64,000 nt of DNA from a virus: IMG/VR virus record IMGVR_UViG_3300025122_000005, positions 126,184 through 190,183 of that record, one strand, 5' to 3'. The translations under genes and the position numbers were made by a program. Position 1 is the stretch's first letter. Every line of letters begins with the position of its first letter. This document shows positions 20,629-31,384 of this stretch, in pieces. Under the pieces are notes generated by a model. It was not told the origin of the DNA. It searched no databases and worked only from the letters and a program-made list of their open reading frames with translations.

Positions 20629-23600
20629 TGTCTAGAGTAGATTTTTCAAAAGATGACATTATCGGAGATTTCTTGCCAAACGTGGGAATACGTAGAATCA
20701 CGCTAGAGTCTGCTTCAGAAGAAGACATGGCAGTAATGGTAGACTTGGTCATCGACGACGTACTGGACGAAGATATCAAAAACGCCACCGCAAAAGCAGT
20801 TGATGAAGATTTAACTGTAGTCCGTCGTCAAATGGGTCGCGGCCGCCACGCAAGAAATATTGTAGTGGGGTCCAAATCATCCATGTCTGTAATAGACGAG
20901 GCTTTAAAGGTTTGTGTTGTGGTGGCAACAAGCGAAGCAGCGAATATAGTGATAAAAAGACTTTTTTCTCGACGAGGTCAGGTGGCAAATTTTCAAGATC
21001 GCTTAAGACAGATTACGTCAAGAGGGCTTGAATATTTGGAATCTTCCATCGCCCAAGCGATGCAGGGATTGGCGAATAGAAGGCAAGACATTTTATTTTT
21101 CCAAGACGGAGCTAGACCTATTAGCGGCGAACAATACTATGCAGCTATAGCAGATCATCTTAAGGAATATGATACCGACGGCAACGAAGTACATAAACTT
21201 TATAAAACTTTTTCAATGCCAGAAATAAAAAATGATGTTAATAGTTTGCACATTTATGCGTTTACTTTTATGGATTTTAATGTTTTTGACTTGGAGATGG
21301 ATCCAAGTGAAATGACCTTTTTAAATAATACATATGGGAAACTGTCGTACAGCAAAGTTATAGAAAACGGATCGTTGAACCCTCACAGTATGGTTTTGTT
21401 AGATTCAAAAGGCACTCCTTGGTCTGGACCCTATCATGTCATGCAAGACGGGTCTTACATGAAGGGAAGGTTTCACGAAGCAGACGTTAATGACCCAGAA
21501 CAGTATTTAGCAAGCCTTATGATTCCCAATGTTAAGGTTCAGGATTTTAGAAGGTTTCAGAGATCGGAAAAGGATACGTACTTACCAAAAACTTTACCGA
21601 GTTTTTTACAAGAGAACAAAAGAGCAAAATACCTTAATAATATTCGAGCAAATCAGTTTAATGCAAGAGCAGAGATAGATCACGATCCTATCACTGGTCA
21701 TGTTAGTCTTGAGTTTTTAGTAGATCAAGAACAAATATTTGTAAACAATTCTAAATATGGGCACCTTTATAACAATTTACCCAATCGTTCAAAATATAAG
21801 ATAATGCGTTCTAGAGATTATTTTAGATTGACTAACTTAAAAATTCTTAGAAGAAGAATGACTAAAAGAGATCTTGGAATTAATAGACTGGGATTCGGAG
21901 CAAAAGACATATTCGACAGAGAAGTTCCAGAGTTTATAGTTGTCCAATCTGGCGAAAGACCATCAACTGCTTATCGAGCCAGCACATTTGATACAAATGA
22001 CCTATTGGTGCCTCGTGAATCCAGTAATGGTTCAGTTTCGGACGAACCATTTGGCACTTTGGCTTGGGAAGTTTACGGGCACTTGACGACTTGGTTTCAA
22101 AATTCTCCTAGAACTCCTCTGCCTATTGCAAATGACGGGATGCCCCCGTTTCCTTTCTACAGAAATTTTATAGGAACAGACGAGTCCCTGGATAGTGTTT
22201 ACGATGGAGTATATCAATATGGTATTGAGTTATCGTATGAGGACGGATTAGAAAAATATTTACAGGAGATTCTTATTGTTCTCAGAGACCAAACAAAGCA
22301 ACTAGAGAGATATTACAATGAATGTTCTATCCCAGTTACTACGTCCAAATATTTTAGTAGATCCGGACTCTCTAGTCCGACTTCGGATGAGTTATATCCG
22401 GACTATAGAGAGAAAAACGTTGAACGAACAGAAAGCAGGGGAAACTACAACCACATAACAAGAACCTTCGATCCTGCTTTTGTAAATTCTGCCAGACAAA
22501 GATATAGTTTCGTGGAAATGGCAAGGGCATACTTTGAAGCAGTTAACGTTGTGTACGCTGACGCAATTTTTAGGATTGGAAATCTAAATCCTAGTGATTC
22601 TCCGAGGTTATCTGGATTTAATCTCGACAATGTTGTAGCACTACTGAGACCTGAGAACTCTCGGCCGGAACAAATATTGGAGATTTTAAGATCATTCCAG
22701 GAATTACACGGATTACTGGAAGACATTTTAGACATAGATTTAATAAAAGACGCTTCCAATGTTAGGTTGACCCCATCGGAAGCAGGGTCTGCAGGTAGAA
22801 ACCCCAGGATAATGAGGGTTAAGAAGTGGTTTTCCGAAGCGGATGACTTTGTAAGTGCCGATTTAAGATATTTACCAGTTGCAGCCCCAGGAATTTTTGA
22901 TCTTATAGGGAAAGCTACACAGATATCTGCTGTGGACGATGCTTCTGTTTTCGGGACGGACCTCGTGGGCAATACAGGCATAAGAGATTTGGGCCCCGAT
23001 GTAGGCGACCTCGCAGCCGATGTGGAATTGCTTGACCAATTCACCGGACCGGGACCAGTGGAATATGAGATGGAGGACAGAACTGCGGTTACAACTGAGA
23101 AGGTAAGACTGGCTGCGGGAGGAAAGAATTACAGAGGTCGCCGCCGCCGTCGAGGGTCTCATCGCGTTACCAGCGAGCAGGTAAAAGAAATGTGGTTTCT
23201 GGAGGAAGATAAATTCGGGATTGACGCCGAATCGGATGGAAAAAAATTTAACAACGCACCAGCTGCTTTTACTATGAATTCATACAAGATGGGCAAAAAC
23301 CAACCCACCTTTACTTTTGGGACTGGAACAGAAAATGGAGCAGAAGAGGACTTTATAATACAATATGAAAAGAAGTCATCCCGCCGCGGCGCACGCGGTA
23401 GAAAGAGGCGGTCTTCTGGAATTAGTGGAAAGCAGCTTGATATTATAGACAAGCACGTAGAATATACTCTTATTAATAAGAAGAAGAATGATAGTGGTAA
23501 TTCAAATTTCTCTTCATGGAGGACCGGACCACCCAAACCGATGAAAAACAAGGGAATCTCCGCTGCGGTCAACCAATCAATCTTGGACAAGATGGAAAAA

Positions 23601-24629
23601 AAGTTGAATATTGAATTAGTAACGGAAAATAATGGGGCGTACTTTGTAAGAAATCTTGACGAAATTATGGAGTCTAATAAGCGGAGTTTAGCGGATAAAA
23701 TTCAAGACAGCATGAAGGTTCTTTGTGACGCAGTGGCGATTGAGGATAAAAACTTAATAGAGTTTATTCCGGACTTCTCCCCCGAGTCGGCTCCAGAGTT
23801 TGAGATTACGGATAGGGCGGTTATAATAACAGAGATGGTAAGAAAAGCATCAGTTGCTATGAGTGACAAATCGGAGATGGAGTCTAGGCAGATTAGGATT
23901 CCAAAAATAGAGAAAATTTTGTCCAATAAGCCGTCTGTGCTGAAGACAGATGAGGAAAAAAACACCTTTAATCCGCCGGTTCAAATAAAGAAGTTGGCGG
24001 ATGGAATAAAGCCAATTGGTGCAACAAACTTTAAGGCATCCAATACTTTGTTTGGAACGGTGCAGAAGATAAAGAAATTAGATGGATTTACAAAGGATGC
24101 ATCGGGTAAACCGATCCTGTCAGCCCCCAAGTACAGGGATGTAAAGGTTTCGGAGGTTAAGGCAGGTCTCCCGCCTGGAAAATATAAGCTAGAAACGTTT
24201 GAGGATTCTAAATTGGGAATAGAGAAACCACCGGTCTCTACCGGCAAGAAGTTCTTTACAGTTGAGAAGCCCACCAACATTGAATCTAAATCAAAAAAGA
24301 AGATTCCGAAAGCTAAATCAAACTTTGAACAAATAGAGAAGATGGCAAGAGATGTGGCACCATCTGGAATTAAGAGCAAGTCCGGACAAGTGATAAAGAC
24401 GGGGTCTAAGATTCGTGCATCCAAGACTCCCATCGCGAATAAGAAAAAGGGAAGAAAAGGAAAGGTGAAGTTAGGAAAGTCTACCCCTCCTAGCCCCTTT
24501 AAGTCTTCTAGGGCAGCACCAGCGATTACAGGAAGGGCGGCAGCTCCTCTTCGTGCTGCACCTGCAGGCGTTCCAGCGATGTCTCCGATGTCATTACCCT
24601 CCCCAGGCGGCGGCGGGAAGGGGTACTAA
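20628..24629 (+). CDS. Large hypothetical virion protein (1333 aa) with basic low-complexity C-terminus
   Basis: Long ORF coupled to the previous gene. Contains PWSGPYHVMQDGSYMKGRFH and Arg/Lys-rich tracts. Confidence 0.7.
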   Translation: MSRVDFSKDDIIGDFLPNVGIRRITLESASEEDMAVMVDLVIDDVLDEDIKNATAKAVDEDLTVVRRQMGRGRHARNIVVGSKSSMSVIDEALKVCVVVATSEAANIVIKRLFSRRGQVANFQDRLRQITSRGLEYLESSIAQAMQGLANRRQDILFFQDGARPISGEQYYAAIADHLKEYDTDGNEVHKLYKTFSMPEIKNDVNSLHIYAFTFMDFNVFDLEMDPSEMTFLNNTYGKLSYSKVIENGSLNPHSMVLLDSKGTPWSGPYHVMQDGSYMKGRFHEADVNDPEQYLASLMIPNVKVQDFRRFQRSEKDTYLPKTLPSFLQENKRAKYLNNIRANQFNARAEIDHDPITGHVSLEFLVDQEQIFVNNSKYGHLYNNLPNRSKYKIMRSRDYFRLTNLKILRRRMTKRDLGINRLGFGAKDIFDREVPEFIVVQSGERPSTAYRASTFDTNDLLVPRESSNGSVSDEPFGTLAWEVYGHLTTWFQNSPRTPLPIANDGMPPFPFYRNFIGTDESLDSVYDGVYQYGIELSYEDGLEKYLQEILIVLRDQTKQLERYYNECSIPVTTSKYFSRSGLSSPTSDELYPDYREKNVERTESRGNYNHITRTFDPAFVNSARQRYSFVEMARAYFEAVNVVYADAIFRIGNLNPSDSPRLSGFNLDNVVALLRPENSRPEQILEILRSFQELHGLLEDILDIDLIKDASNVRLTPSEAGSAGRNPRIMRVKKWFSEADDFVSADLRYLPVAAPGIFDLIGKATQISAVDDASVFGTDLVGNTGIRDLGPDVGDLAADVELLDQFTGPGPVEYEMEDRTAVTTEKVRLAAGGKNYRGRRRRRGSHRVTSEQVKEMWFLEEDKFGIDAESDGKKFNNAPAAFTMNSYKMGKNQPTFTFGTGTENGAEEDFIIQYEKKSSRRGARGRKRRSSGISGKQLDIIDKHVEYTLINKKKNDSGNSNFSSWRTGPPKPMKNKGISAAVNQSILDKMEKKLNIELVTENNGAYFVRNLDEIMESNKRSLADKIQDSMKVLCDAVAIEDKNLIEFIPDFSPESAPEFEITDRAVIITEMVRKASVAMSDKSEMESRQIRIPKIEKILSNKPSVLKTDEEKNTFNPPVQIKKLADGIKPIGATNFKASNTLFGTVQKIKKLDGFTKDASGKPILSAPKYRDVKVSEVKAGLPPGKYKLETFEDSKLGIEKPPVSTGKKFFTVEKPTNIESKSKKKIPKAKSNFEQIEKMARDVAPSGIKSKSGQVIKTGSKIRASKTPIANKKKGRKGKVKLGKSTPPSPFKSSRAAPAITGRAAAPLRAAPAGVPAMSPMSLPSPGGGGKGY

Positions 24630-24641
24630 GGAGTATGAATA

Positions 24642-27600
24642 ATGTCTGAAGAAAATAACAACGGAAACAACAACTCTTGTGATCCGCCAGCGTATTGTCC
24701 TCCATGGCGTGCAGGTTGCACGCCGAGTCCTGGTTATATGGATGACCCACGGAATCACGTAGAACCTCTTCCGCCTGAGCCCACTCCGGTTGAAATAGAG
24801 AGAATACATCCAGCTTTGTTCTACGCCCAGCCTGAAGCAGACTTTGAAGAAATAGAAGAGGTTCACTCTGGACATAATTTTTCTGCTGGGAAAAGCAAGT
24901 GGTTAATAGACCCAAATCTTCTTCCTGGTAATCAACATGACCCGATAGTTAAGTTTTTTCCGAAAAACCAGGATCCTCTTGCGGGCAATTCATACCCAGC
25001 GAATGTTCCTGCTCAGGACATAGTGCACGAAGACTCTCACGGACCTGTAGATACTTTTAGATATGTAAGTGGAAAATTTTGGTTGCATCGTGGCCACGGC
25101 GAGGGCATCGTTTCTCCTGGTATACGGTTCCACTGGATTGCCAAGCCAAAATTCACATATTATAATTCTTCAAATACTTTATGTAGGGGATCTGGGCACA
25201 CTTTAAGCAAAGCAGACCCAAATGATGCTAGAATTCTTCCACAAGAAGTATGGATAAATTCTGATTGGGTATTAAATTCTTTAACGCCCCGCACCGAGAT
25301 TGCGGGAGGACTGGACCTCCCAGTCTTTTATGAGTCGTTTAAAATTACATTCCCGCCACATCCTGAACCAGGAGGGTGGTCCTCGTGGAAGTGGAGAGAT
25401 TACATGTACGGATTAGCAGGACATCTTTCAGAACTTGGTACATTGAGTCGTGCTGAGACCCTAGAATTCGGCCGAACTCATGCGAGGACCGATCCTAGGT
25501 TTTTACCATCTGGTCCGGATTCTTTACTCACCTGGCCCAATTGGGGCGACGCATCATATACAAAAAATTTGTTTCCGGTGATACCGTTTTTTGGAGATAT
25601 GAGCCTGTGGGACGACCCTGACGGTGCTGCTTTTCGAGATCCGTCTTTTCGACCACCACACGCCGGAGGATTAATCTTCTTTGATCACGCTACAAACATC
25701 CCGGACTTCATGACAAAGGAAGAGCTAGAAGAGACAGATTTCAATCCAGGATTGTATTCGGATGTGAGAGGGGTTTATAATTTTTATGATTGTGTGTATG
25801 AAGAACTAATTTCTCCCAATTATACAGAAAACCGTCTTCCCAATTATTATAGGATGAGACCGGAAAAGAGGAATAAAAGGAATACCGTTACAGAGGAATA
25901 CTTCCGGAAAAATATTGCAGAAAGTATGTCTGGGGACGAGGGAAGTAGACAGCAGGAAATTATCCGTCGCAAAGCAATAGAAAATTATGGAGTATTTGAT
26001 CCAATTGGTCATCCTGTTGTTAATACATGGGATGTTTTTGAGAATCCGGGTTTGGAAGAATTTAAAACAATATATGATGAACGCCGAGTATTTCCAATGT
26101 ACGCGGAAATTGAATTCACATCTAACGAAAGATCTTTGTTTGTAGAATCTCTAGAGATGGGATCAGAGAAGAATTTTATGGGAGAGATAATGACACCCCT
26201 TGCAAGAACTTCGAATGGTGGTGGATCCGTGAGAGACAGGATGCTAGTAAAAACGCTTCCAATGAAGGTTGTTACACAATTTTTGGGCGGCGGCACCGGG
26301 AAATCTGAACGCCGCCGCGCCAGAACGTGGGGAATTGGATCTTTATCTACAGATAAGACGCATTCTATGTCGGATGTTTTTAAGCATAACGTGAGATCTA
26401 TGTCTTTAGAAACGTGGATGCAATGGTTAAACCAGGAAGAAGAGGCAATTCAAGAAGAGGAGGGCACTGCGGTATCCCCACAAGATAAGTTTAGAAGTTT
26501 AATTGGTAAAATCGTTATAAAATCTAGGATTAAGCAAACAATTGAACAAACTTATAGAGAGAAATTTACGCAAGTATTAAACGGAAAACCCGCACATTCT
26601 GAAATATTGGCATATAGGGTAGAAAAACTTTTGAATGGTACTCCAATACAGAATTTCTTTTTCGCAACAAGTAATGATGTAGAGATAATCAGATACTTAG
26701 ACAGTCAGGTTGAATACGGGAAACAATATTCTTATAGGGTTCATGCCATATCTTTAGTGGTAGGAACAAAATATGCGTATGTTGATTGTATGACTGACGC
26801 TGCAGTTGAGAATTTCTATAATCAATCCCGTGACCCCCGTAGAATTTCAGAAATGTTTTTCGGAGTTATACACAAGCCAAGCGTTCTAGTTGTGGAAGTC
26901 CCGATGCAAGAAAGAAGCATAACAATCATCGACAAACCCCCAATACCTCCGGACATTAATATAATCCCTTTCAGGGGAGATAAAAATAGAGTGTTATTTA
27001 ATTTGAACGGGACAACTGGAGAAATGGCCGCAAAACCAGTGGTACTAGAGGAAGACGATTACGGACAGTTTAGTACTGTCGTGGCATCTCAGAATCCGGG
27101 CACCACCGACGTTTCGAAGGAATCCCTTCCGAACCAAATAATACACTTTCGAAATGATGACCCAGTTAAAATATTTGAGATTTTTAGGACTGATGAGGAA
27201 CCGACATCGTGGGAGTCATTTTTTGATAAAAAGATAAAAAGGATAGAATCAGAGGCCACAAATGCTTCGCATGTTGACGTGATAAGTCCGAATAAAAAAT
27301 ATTATTATGCATTTAGAACAGAAGATATCCACGGTCATCCATCCAACCCTTCTCACATTTATCAGGTGGAATTGGTGGCTGATGATGAGATGACGTTCTT
27401 GAAGATGGATATTTTCAATTTTAAAGAAGAGATTGAACCTAGAAAGATGTCCTTTGACCATAAAATAGAAATCTCACCATCGTCCTTGCAAAGGGTGCTT
27501 CCGATGCCATCGAACGGCAGTTTAGAAACTTGGGATGCAGAAGGTCAACCAGTTGGGGATGTTGGTACTGCCGAAAATCCACGCGAAACATTGTGGGGTA

Positions 27601-27731
27601 AGCAGTTTAAATGTCGAATAACGTCGCGCTCTACGGGCAAACAAATTGATATAAACTTTAAATTTAAAAAGAAGTATACTAAAATAGAAGAAGAAATTCA
27701 GAATAATGTAGATATTAATAATAAATGTTAG
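24642..27731 (+). CDS. Large hypothetical virion protein (1029 aa)
   Basis: Long ORF with SD AAGGAG upstream, a Pro/Cys-rich N-terminus and a beta-rich C-terminal half. Confidence 0.7.
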   Translation: MSEENNNGNNNSCDPPAYCPPWRAGCTPSPGYMDDPRNHVEPLPPEPTPVEIERIHPALFYAQPEADFEEIEEVHSGHNFSAGKSKWLIDPNLLPGNQHDPIVKFFPKNQDPLAGNSYPANVPAQDIVHEDSHGPVDTFRYVSGKFWLHRGHGEGIVSPGIRFHWIAKPKFTYYNSSNTLCRGSGHTLSKADPNDARILPQEVWINSDWVLNSLTPRTEIAGGLDLPVFYESFKITFPPHPEPGGWSSWKWRDYMYGLAGHLSELGTLSRAETLEFGRTHARTDPRFLPSGPDSLLTWPNWGDASYTKNLFPVIPFFGDMSLWDDPDGAAFRDPSFRPPHAGGLIFFDHATNIPDFMTKEELEETDFNPGLYSDVRGVYNFYDCVYEELISPNYTENRLPNYYRMRPEKRNKRNTVTEEYFRKNIAESMSGDEGSRQQEIIRRKAIENYGVFDPIGHPVVNTWDVFENPGLEEFKTIYDERRVFPMYAEIEFTSNERSLFVESLEMGSEKNFMGEIMTPLARTSNGGGSVRDRMLVKTLPMKVVTQFLGGGTGKSERRRARTWGIGSLSTDKTHSMSDVFKHNVRSMSLETWMQWLNQEEEAIQEEEGTAVSPQDKFRSLIGKIVIKSRIKQTIEQTYREKFTQVLNGKPAHSEILAYRVEKLLNGTPIQNFFFATSNDVEIIRYLDSQVEYGKQYSYRVHAISLVVGTKYAYVDCMTDAAVENFYNQSRDPRRISEMFFGVIHKPSVLVVEVPMQERSITIIDKPPIPPDINIIPFRGDKNRVLFNLNGTTGEMAAKPVVLEEDDYGQFSTVVASQNPGTTDVSKESLPNQIIHFRNDDPVKIFEIFRTDEEPTSWESFFDKKIKRIESEATNASHVDVISPNKKYYYAFRTEDIHGHPSNPSHIYQVELVADDEMTFLKMDIFNFKEEIEPRKMSFDHKIEISPSSLQRVLPMPSNGSLETWDAEGQPVGDVGTAENPRETLWGKQFKCRITSRSTGKQIDINFKFKKKYTKIEEEIQNNVDINNKC

Positions 27732-27786
27732 GTTTTCTTTTTTATTGAATCCTAATTAGATAGTAGAATAGTAAGGAGTAAAAAAT

Positions 27787-28800
27787 ATGGCTTTTCTTGA
27801 TAATTCCGGAGATATTATATTAGATGCAGTGTTAACGGATACTGGACGCTTCCGGATGGCAAGAGGGGATTTCAAAATAACAAAGTTTGCGCTTGGTGAC
27901 GACGAAGTAGATTATTCCCTTTATAATAGAAATCACCCAAGCGGGTCCTCTTATTACGATTTAGAAATCTTAAAAACACCGGTATTAGAATCTTTTACGA
28001 ACAATACTTCTCTCATGAAGTCAAAACTCATGACCATCACCAATACTAACATACTTCATTTACCGATCTTGAAACTATCCGACGGCGGGTACAAGGGTAC
28101 CGCAGCAGAACTGCTTTTTTCAAAACTAGCAAACATCGGAACGTATGTTGTGACTGTGGACTCAAATACTGAGGACTCTGATACTTCGCTAAAGGAGCCA
28201 GATGTTAACGGGAAGGGCGTGCTTTTAGGTGCTCTGCGCGGCGGCGGACCCAATTACATTGCAGTTGAAACAGGGCTGGATACATTGAAGATTCCGCCTT
28301 CGTTGGATGTCCCCGCCAATTTGCAAGAAACACAATTTATAATAGAGATGGATGATAGGCTTGGGTCTTTAACGGGACCTCCGTTTTCTCCTAGTCAAGG
28401 AGCATCTCTACCTGCTTCATTTATAGATGATGACCAGATTGCCAGCTATTACATTAGTGCAAACTCAGGGATGGATTCTGGAGGGCTAATACGAAATCGT
28501 TATGATACTCGCCGCGGCACTGAAGAGCGCGGGAGCCCAACCGCACATAGAATCCGCGGTCCTAGAGGAAGAGTGTTAAACTTCAGAGTAAAACCCAGTA
28601 TAAACCTAACAACTTCGACATATCTTTTCGAAAAGTTGGGGAGCACATTTACTCAAACGGCAGATGACGCCCCACTCACCGGATTCAGAAGTGGTAAGAC
28701 GTATTATTATATTGACTCATACGTGAGAGTTACGGCGGCAACGACTGGGTATTCTATCGACATACCAGTTCGATATATAAAGAAACAAGGAACAACTTAA
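27787..28800 (+). CDS. Virion structural protein (baseplate/tail region; paralog of 19669..20628)
   Basis: MAFLDNSGDIILDAVLTDTGR...FALGDDEVDY N-terminus. SD AAGGAG and a CTAATTA motif upstream. Confidence 0.72.
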   Translation: MAFLDNSGDIILDAVLTDTGRFRMARGDFKITKFALGDDEVDYSLYNRNHPSGSSYYDLEILKTPVLESFTNNTSLMKSKLMTITNTNILHLPILKLSDGGYKGTAAELLFSKLANIGTYVVTVDSNTEDSDTSLKEPDVNGKGVLLGALRGGGPNYIAVETGLDTLKIPPSLDVPANLQETQFIIEMDDRLGSLTGPPFSPSQGASLPASFIDDDQIASYYISANSGMDSGGLIRNRYDTRRGTEERGSPTAHRIRGPRGRVLNFRVKPSINLTTSTYLFEKLGSTFTQTADDAPLTGFRSGKTYYYIDSYVRVTAATTGYSIDIPVRYIKKQGTT

Positions 28801-28815
28801 TACAAGGATTATAAG

Positions 28816-30111
28816 ATGGCTACAACTTTCAAGACATTTCTCAACAGCGATATCGTAACAACAAAGACTCTACTTCATGAGGCTATTCCCATTACTGGTG
28901 CGATAGTGTCAGGGACATACAACAGGGACGGGAGTCTTGGGACAGAATTAAATATTAAAAATTATTCCCATAAGATGTTCCAGTCTGTTTATGATTATCC
29001 ATATCTGAGTTCTTCTGCGAATCATATATTCGACATTACTGCTGGTTACTCTACTGGCTCTGTCCTGTCTGGAAACGTTAAGCAAGTAGCCAGAACCGAT
29101 CAAGAAAAGAAGATTCAAATTTATAATCAGATGGCACAAGTTTTGATGGGTCACGATAAAGACGGAAACATTAGAGCATTTGACCAAGACGGCGATGTAA
29201 CCGGCAACCCAAAGACAGGAAAGATTCACGAAGCGTTTTTCGTTAATTTCGCTCGCCTTCTCACAAAGGATGAGATAAAGAAGGGGTCCTTCAATATGAA
29301 GATAGGTGTTTCGCCTCATTACGGAAATCCTGCTTCTCCTGAAGAAACTCACGGCGACTTGCGAAAATATGCTGGACGGTATATTACAATCGCAGACACC
29401 AACGCTGCTAACGAATATAGAATCAACTCACCAGCGGGTGAATACGGCATACTATCAGCCTCTTCTGGCGGTACTGCTAACGCTATAGTCGCCCCAATTG
29501 CGCACGGTTTGACGACCGGTTCAAGCCACCCAACTTTGCCAGGAAACATTGGTTTGATATTTTATCAAGCAGGCATAGCCGTATTAGATGCTAGAATGTT
29601 TGCTAGAGCAAGCCACGACGGCGGCGGACCCGCTGGAGTCAGGCAGGTGACGGCTTCATCCGGAGTAGTCTATCACTTGACAGGCGGCATACTTAACTCT
29701 GCTAGCTGTATGATGCATAGGCAAATCGCAGATTCTGCCACGAGTGACATAACAGCATTGGCTCACTCTGATGTCTATTCTCTATTTACAGGATCTTCCA
29801 TTCAAACAGCTTGTGATTCTTTGCGACATAGGATACTTAATGTCTCATTTAATAACTCTACAGAGCTTAACTCAACAGTGTATTTCTGTAGAGCACATCA
29901 CAATGAATTCAACTACAGCTCTAACCCAACTTATTTAACGGAGAGTCAAGTCAGGGTCAAGAATGTTCCAAGCGACATGCCTGTAAGTTACATTACTACA
30001 GTTGGATTGTACTCGCCAGATAACGAATTGTTAGCGGCGGCAAAGGTCTCAGAACCTTTGAGAAAAGATCCGACCAACGAACTAACTTTAAGAGTTAGGT
30101 TGGATTATTAA
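28816..30111 (+). CDS. Virion structural protein with C-terminal tail-collar/fibre-attachment-like domain
   Basis: C-terminal FNYSSNPTY...YITTVGLYSPDNELLAAAKVSEPLRK resembles the GLY..D..L.A.AK motif of tail-collar fibre N-terminal domains. Paralog of the next gene. Confidence 0.6.
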   Translation: MATTFKTFLNSDIVTTKTLLHEAIPITGAIVSGTYNRDGSLGTELNIKNYSHKMFQSVYDYPYLSSSANHIFDITAGYSTGSVLSGNVKQVARTDQEKKIQIYNQMAQVLMGHDKDGNIRAFDQDGDVTGNPKTGKIHEAFFVNFARLLTKDEIKKGSFNMKIGVSPHYGNPASPEETHGDLRKYAGRYITIADTNAANEYRINSPAGEYGILSASSGGTANAIVAPIAHGLTTGSSHPTLPGNIGLIFYQAGIAVLDARMFARASHDGGGPAGVRQVTASSGVVYHLTGGILNSASCMMHRQIADSATSDITALAHSDVYSLFTGSSIQTACDSLRHRILNVSFNNSTELNSTVYFCRAHHNEFNYSSNPTYLTESQVRVKNVPSDMPVSYITTVGLYSPDNELLAAAKVSEPLRKDPTNELTLRVRLDY

Positions 30112-30117
30112 AGTGAT

Positions 30118-31383
30118 ATGCCATATTATAGATTCAAATCAGGAGATTTGCTCTACAATAGGATAAAGACCTTTCCTCAACAAAACTTTGTAATCTTTGA
30201 TTCAAAGGTTTATATAAGCGGGTTTAAAAATTCTAAAGCAAAATTCAACAACGTCAATGCAACAACTCAGGGGTACCTAAGTCTTTATGAGCTGAACGTC
30301 GATAGAGCCATCGACCAGTCTGGAGCCCCTCCGGGTAGCGGATCTATCTTTCCTTTTGTGACAAAGGGGGGAGCAAGAACAGCGTTTAGGACGATAAGCA
30401 CCAGCGAATTTGACAGTCTAGACCAATATTCTTATGGAGATACTATAAAGGGCAAGTACCCTTTGACATCTAGTATTAAAAGAACATACTTTGCGTCAGT
30501 TGGTGCTTCAACTGTTGATGTAACTGAGGATATTGGCTCGTTTAAAAAGCTTACCGGTAATAGAAAATATATTACAGCGTTGAAAAACACTTTTGATAAG
30601 TATACTCACTTAAGCGAGCATTATGCTTTCAACACTTCGTCTACAAACTTAAAGGGCGTCAATTGGGATAAGGGAACCCAGGAAATGTCCCTTATTGAGA
30701 TTCCATCTATTTTTTATGGATCCTCGATAAAGAAGGGGTCGGTAGCTCTTAAATTCTACGTAACGGGAACATTGGCCGCCGAACTAAGAGACACGAAAAG
30801 AAATGGAGAACTTATACAGGTATCGGGAACGTATAACGCCTCGACTGATGATGGTAAGGTGGCAGGAGTTGTGTTATATAACGAAGGGTTTTTGGCACTA
30901 ACTGGGTCCTGGGACATCAACGATGCTTTCACGGACAAATATATAGGCAGCGATTCTTATACCCCAAAATGGAAATACTTTGGAGTTGGAACAAATGATG
31001 GCACTGCCGCAGGAGTTTTGACCGGGTCAACTTTTGTAATCGATTTCGAAGGAGTGAATTACGTTCCAACAATAACAATGTTAACACACGCGCCAAAAGG
31101 GGTTCTAAACAATTCTTCTAACCCAACATACATTAAAAAAGGACAGCATACTAATCCCTCTACTTCAAGTGTTCACTTCGAAGAATACGATAAGGTGGAA
31201 ATAAAAAATCTAGAACATACTCCGTATTCAGATCCAACCGGATCATTTAAAAAGCAAACATATATATCGAAGATCGGAATATATGATGAAAATAGAAATC
31301 TTATCGCTATAGCAAAATTAGCGAACCCCGTCAGAAAGACTGAGGACCGAGAATATACTTTTAAAATAAAGCTAGATTTTTAA
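30118..31383 (+). CDS. Virion structural protein, paralog of 28816..30111
   Basis: Shares IKKGS, G.+.Y..G and NSSNPTY...YISKIGIYDENRNLIAIAKLANPVRK motifs with the upstream gene. Confidence 0.6.
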   Translation: MPYYRFKSGDLLYNRIKTFPQQNFVIFDSKVYISGFKNSKAKFNNVNATTQGYLSLYELNVDRAIDQSGAPPGSGSIFPFVTKGGARTAFRTISTSEFDSLDQYSYGDTIKGKYPLTSSIKRTYFASVGASTVDVTEDIGSFKKLTGNRKYITALKNTFDKYTHLSEHYAFNTSSTNLKGVNWDKGTQEMSLIEIPSIFYGSSIKKGSVALKFYVTGTLAAELRDTKRNGELIQVSGTYNASTDDGKVAGVVLYNEGFLALTGSWDINDAFTDKYIGSDSYTPKWKYFGVGTNDGTAAGVLTGSTFVIDFEGVNYVPTITMLTHAPKGVLNNSSNPTYIKKGQHTNPSTSSVHFEEYDKVEIKNLEHTPYSDPTGSFKKQTYISKIGIYDENRNLIAIAKLANPVRKTEDREYTFKIKLDF

Positions 31384-31384
31384 A

